A stretch of 64,000 nt of DNA from Torpedo marmorata (taxonomy: Eukaryota), in assembly GCA_977017645.1 (NCBI GenBank), contig OZ360230.1:38626001-38690000 (forward strand), read 5' to 3'. A program made the translations under genes and the position numbers. Positions within the stretch are counted from its first letter, which is position 1. Each line of letters opens with the position of its first letter. Below the pieces are notes generated by a model. That model was not told the origin of the DNA. It worked only from the letters and a program-made list of their open reading frames with translations, and ran no database searches. Below, piece after piece: positions 61,641 through 64,000 of the stretch.

Positions 61641-62873
61641 ACTCCCACAACTATCTGGACTACACATCCTCACCAACTCCCACAACTATCTGGACTACAC
61701 ATCCTCACACCCTGTCCCCTGCAAGGACTCCATCCCCTTCTCTCAATTTCTCCGCCTCCGCCGCGTCTGTTCCCAAGATGAGGTGTTCCACTCCAGATCT
61801 TCTGAAATGTCTGCCTTTTTCCACAAACGTGGCTTCCCCTCCACCACCATCAACTCAGCCCTCACCCGCATCTCCTCCATTTCCCGCTCATCTGCCCTGG
61901 CCCCCTCTGCCCCCAGACGCAACAAACATAGAATCCCCCTCATCCTCACCTACCACCCCACCAGCCTCCGCATCCAACACATTATCCGCCGGAATTTCCG
62001 GCACTTACTACAGGATCCCACCACCAGACATATTTTTCCTTCTCCTCCCCTCTCGGCCTTCCGTAGGGACTGCTCCCTCCGCGATTCACTCGTGCACTCA
62101 TCCCTCCCCACCCATCGCACCCCCGGAACCTTCCCCTGTGCCCGCAGGAGGTGCAACACCTGCGCCCACACCTCCCCCCTCACCACGGTCCAGGGCCCCA
62201 AACAGGCCTTCCAAGTGAAACTACACTTCACTTGTACATCAAGAGAACTTATTTACTGCATCCGGTGCTCCCTTTGTGGCTTTCTATACATTGGAGAGAC
62301 CGGTCGTAGATTGGGAGACCGCTTTGCTGAGCACCTCCTCTCCGTCCGCAACAACAGCGACCTCCCAGTAGCCAACCATTTCAATTCCGGGTCACACTCC
62401 CACACTCACATGTCTGTCCATGGCCTCATGTACTATCCCACGCAGACTACCCGCAAATTGGAGGAACAACATCTCATATTCCGTCTTGGCACTCTCCAGC
62501 CAGATGGCATTAACATTGACTTTTCTGCTTTCCACTAAACCTGCTTGTCATTCCCTTCCCCTCCCCCCTCACCTGTCCTTCCTGTTTTTCTCCAGCTACC
62601 TAGCCATCCCTCCTCCCCCTCTTTGCTGCTGTCCCCTCCCTCCTTTCTCCACCTATCATCTCCTGCCTTTGCCATCCCCCTTCCCCCCTCACTCCTTTGT
62701 TCGGACGCCTGCTGGCATTTTCTCATTCATTGATGAAGGGCTCAAGCCCGAAACGTCGGTTATGTATTTCTACCTTTGCTACATAAAAGACACTGTTTGA
62801 CCTGCTGAGTTTCTCCAGCATTTGTGTTTTTTACTTCAACCACGGTGTCTACAGATTTTCGTGTTTTACTTCT
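61640..62873 (+). mobile_element. Penelope-like retroelement, right arm (thumb/linker, GIY-YIG, 3'UTR, full terminus)
   Basis: Open frame to ...LYIGETGRRLGDRFAEH...RKLEEQHLIFRLGTLQPDGINIDFSAFH* (stop at 62538); near-identical inverted copy of left arm; 15-bp TSD tgaatgtgcttctta (60127-60141, 62874-62888). Confidence 0.93.
62730..62757 (+). ncRNA. Minimal hammerhead ribozyme-like motif in PLE 3'UTR
   Basis: TTGATGA-A-GGGC TCAA GCCC-GAAAC-GTC; mirror copy on minus strand at ~60217-60244. Confidence 0.65.
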
Positions 62874-64000
62874 TGAATGTGCTTCTTATAGGCCTATCTC
62901 GTTACTTAATGCAGATATGAAGATTTTGTCCAAAATATTGGCCCATAGACTAGAGAATATTTTACCATTAATTATTTCTGAGGATCAAACTGGTTTTATT
63001 AAGAATCGTTATTCTTATTTTAATATACACCGCTTATTGAATATTTTATATTTACCTTCTACTCCTGCCCACGAAGTGTTCTTTCTTTAGATGCAGAGAA
63101 GGTTTTTGACCGGGTGGAATGGGGTTATTTATTCGTCACTTCGGAAAAATTTAATTTTGGACCATGTTTTATTAAATGGATTAAATTATTATATTTATGT
63201 CCTACTGCCTCAATTCTTACTAATTCACAGCAATCAAAACCTTTTAATCTTCAGCGGGGTACTCGTCAAGGTTGTCCTTTAAGTCCTTTGCTTTTTGACT
63301 TGGTATTAGAACCTTTAGCAATTGCTCCGTGAAAGTAGAGATTTCATAGGGATACATAGGAATGGTATCGAACATAAGGTTTCCTTATATGCAGATGATC
63401 TTCTTCTTTTTATATCCAATCCAGACGTTTCTTTACCAAACATATTAGCATTATTTTCTCATATTAGTCAGTTCTCTGGGTATAAATTGAATCTGCATAC
63501 AAGTGAACTATTACCTTTAAATGGTTCTATATCAAGATATTCTAATTTCCCTTTTAAGATTGTGAAAGATCAATTTACGTATCTTGGTATTACAATTACT
63601 AGGAGTTATAAACACCTTTGTAAGGAAACATTTTCTGTATTATTTAGTCAGGTTAAATTATTGTTATTGAGTTGGTCACCTTTATCTATTTCCATGATCG
63701 GACGTATTAATTCTATTAAAATGAACATTTTACCTAAATTTTTGTATCTCTTCCAATCAATACCAATTTTTATCCCCAAATCCTTTTTTGATTTACTTGA
63801 TTCGCTTATATCTTCTTATATATGGCAAGGAAAACACCCTCGCTTAAATAAAGCTCATCTTCTAAAAACTAAAAGGAACGGTGGATTGGTATTTCCTAAT
63901 TTTAGATTTTATTATTGGGCGGTCAATATACGTAATTTGCTTCTTTTATTGCATTTCAATAAATTAGTTGACTGCCCTTCATGGGTAGAAATGGAACTGA

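Larger units (their letters stand above)
59330..64000 (+). mobile_element. L1-clade LINE ORF2 pseudogene (runs off window), interrupted by PLE
   Basis: WDTMKAYLRGQIISY...KSPGPDGYPVEFYK...KGKDPSECAS|YRPISLLNAD...DQTGFI...[11 protein letters not shown]...YADD (~63388). Confidence 0.92.

Noticed and set aside
60756-62218. Pro-rich 146-aa and 211-aa ORFs
   Set aside because: Alternative frames of the C-rich PLE coding strand.
60142-62873. DNA transposon with long TIRs, or assembly chimera
   Set aside because: Arms encode RT/GIY-YIG, differ by scattered substitutions, are asymmetric like the small copies, and are flanked by a TSD that restores the L1 frame.

Overview
Eukaryotic, AT-rich, repeat-dense genomic DNA, most likely from a cartilaginous fish (inferred from HE1-type V-SINEs and the CR1/Rex1/L1/Penelope mix). 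The only host coding sequence I can support is one 338-nt minus-strand exon (9457-9794) with canonical splice sites. It encodes the N-terminal/PR-domain start of MECOM (MDS1-EVI1/PRDM3 exon 2), so the rest of the window is inferred to be MECOM intron 1 (right) and intron 2 (left). The introns are packed with decayed LINEs (CR1, Rex1/Babar, RTE, L1), V-SINEs, a 5S-rRNA-derived SINE, a GC-rich non-autonomous retroelement, and DNA transposons (near-full pogo/Passer-like, piggyBac and hAT MITEs, two Chapaev3-like deletion derivatives). The most striking system is a family of Penelope-like (GIY-YIG) insertions carrying minimal hammerhead-ribozyme motifs. They recur as tail-out fold-back insertions, from about 200 bp up to a 2.7-kb copy that splits an L1 ORF2, most with clear target-site duplications and all with one arm about 34-42 nt longer than the other. 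Boundaries of old repeats are approximate, family names come from recognised motifs rather than database searches, and most listed ORFs are spurious or TE-derived.
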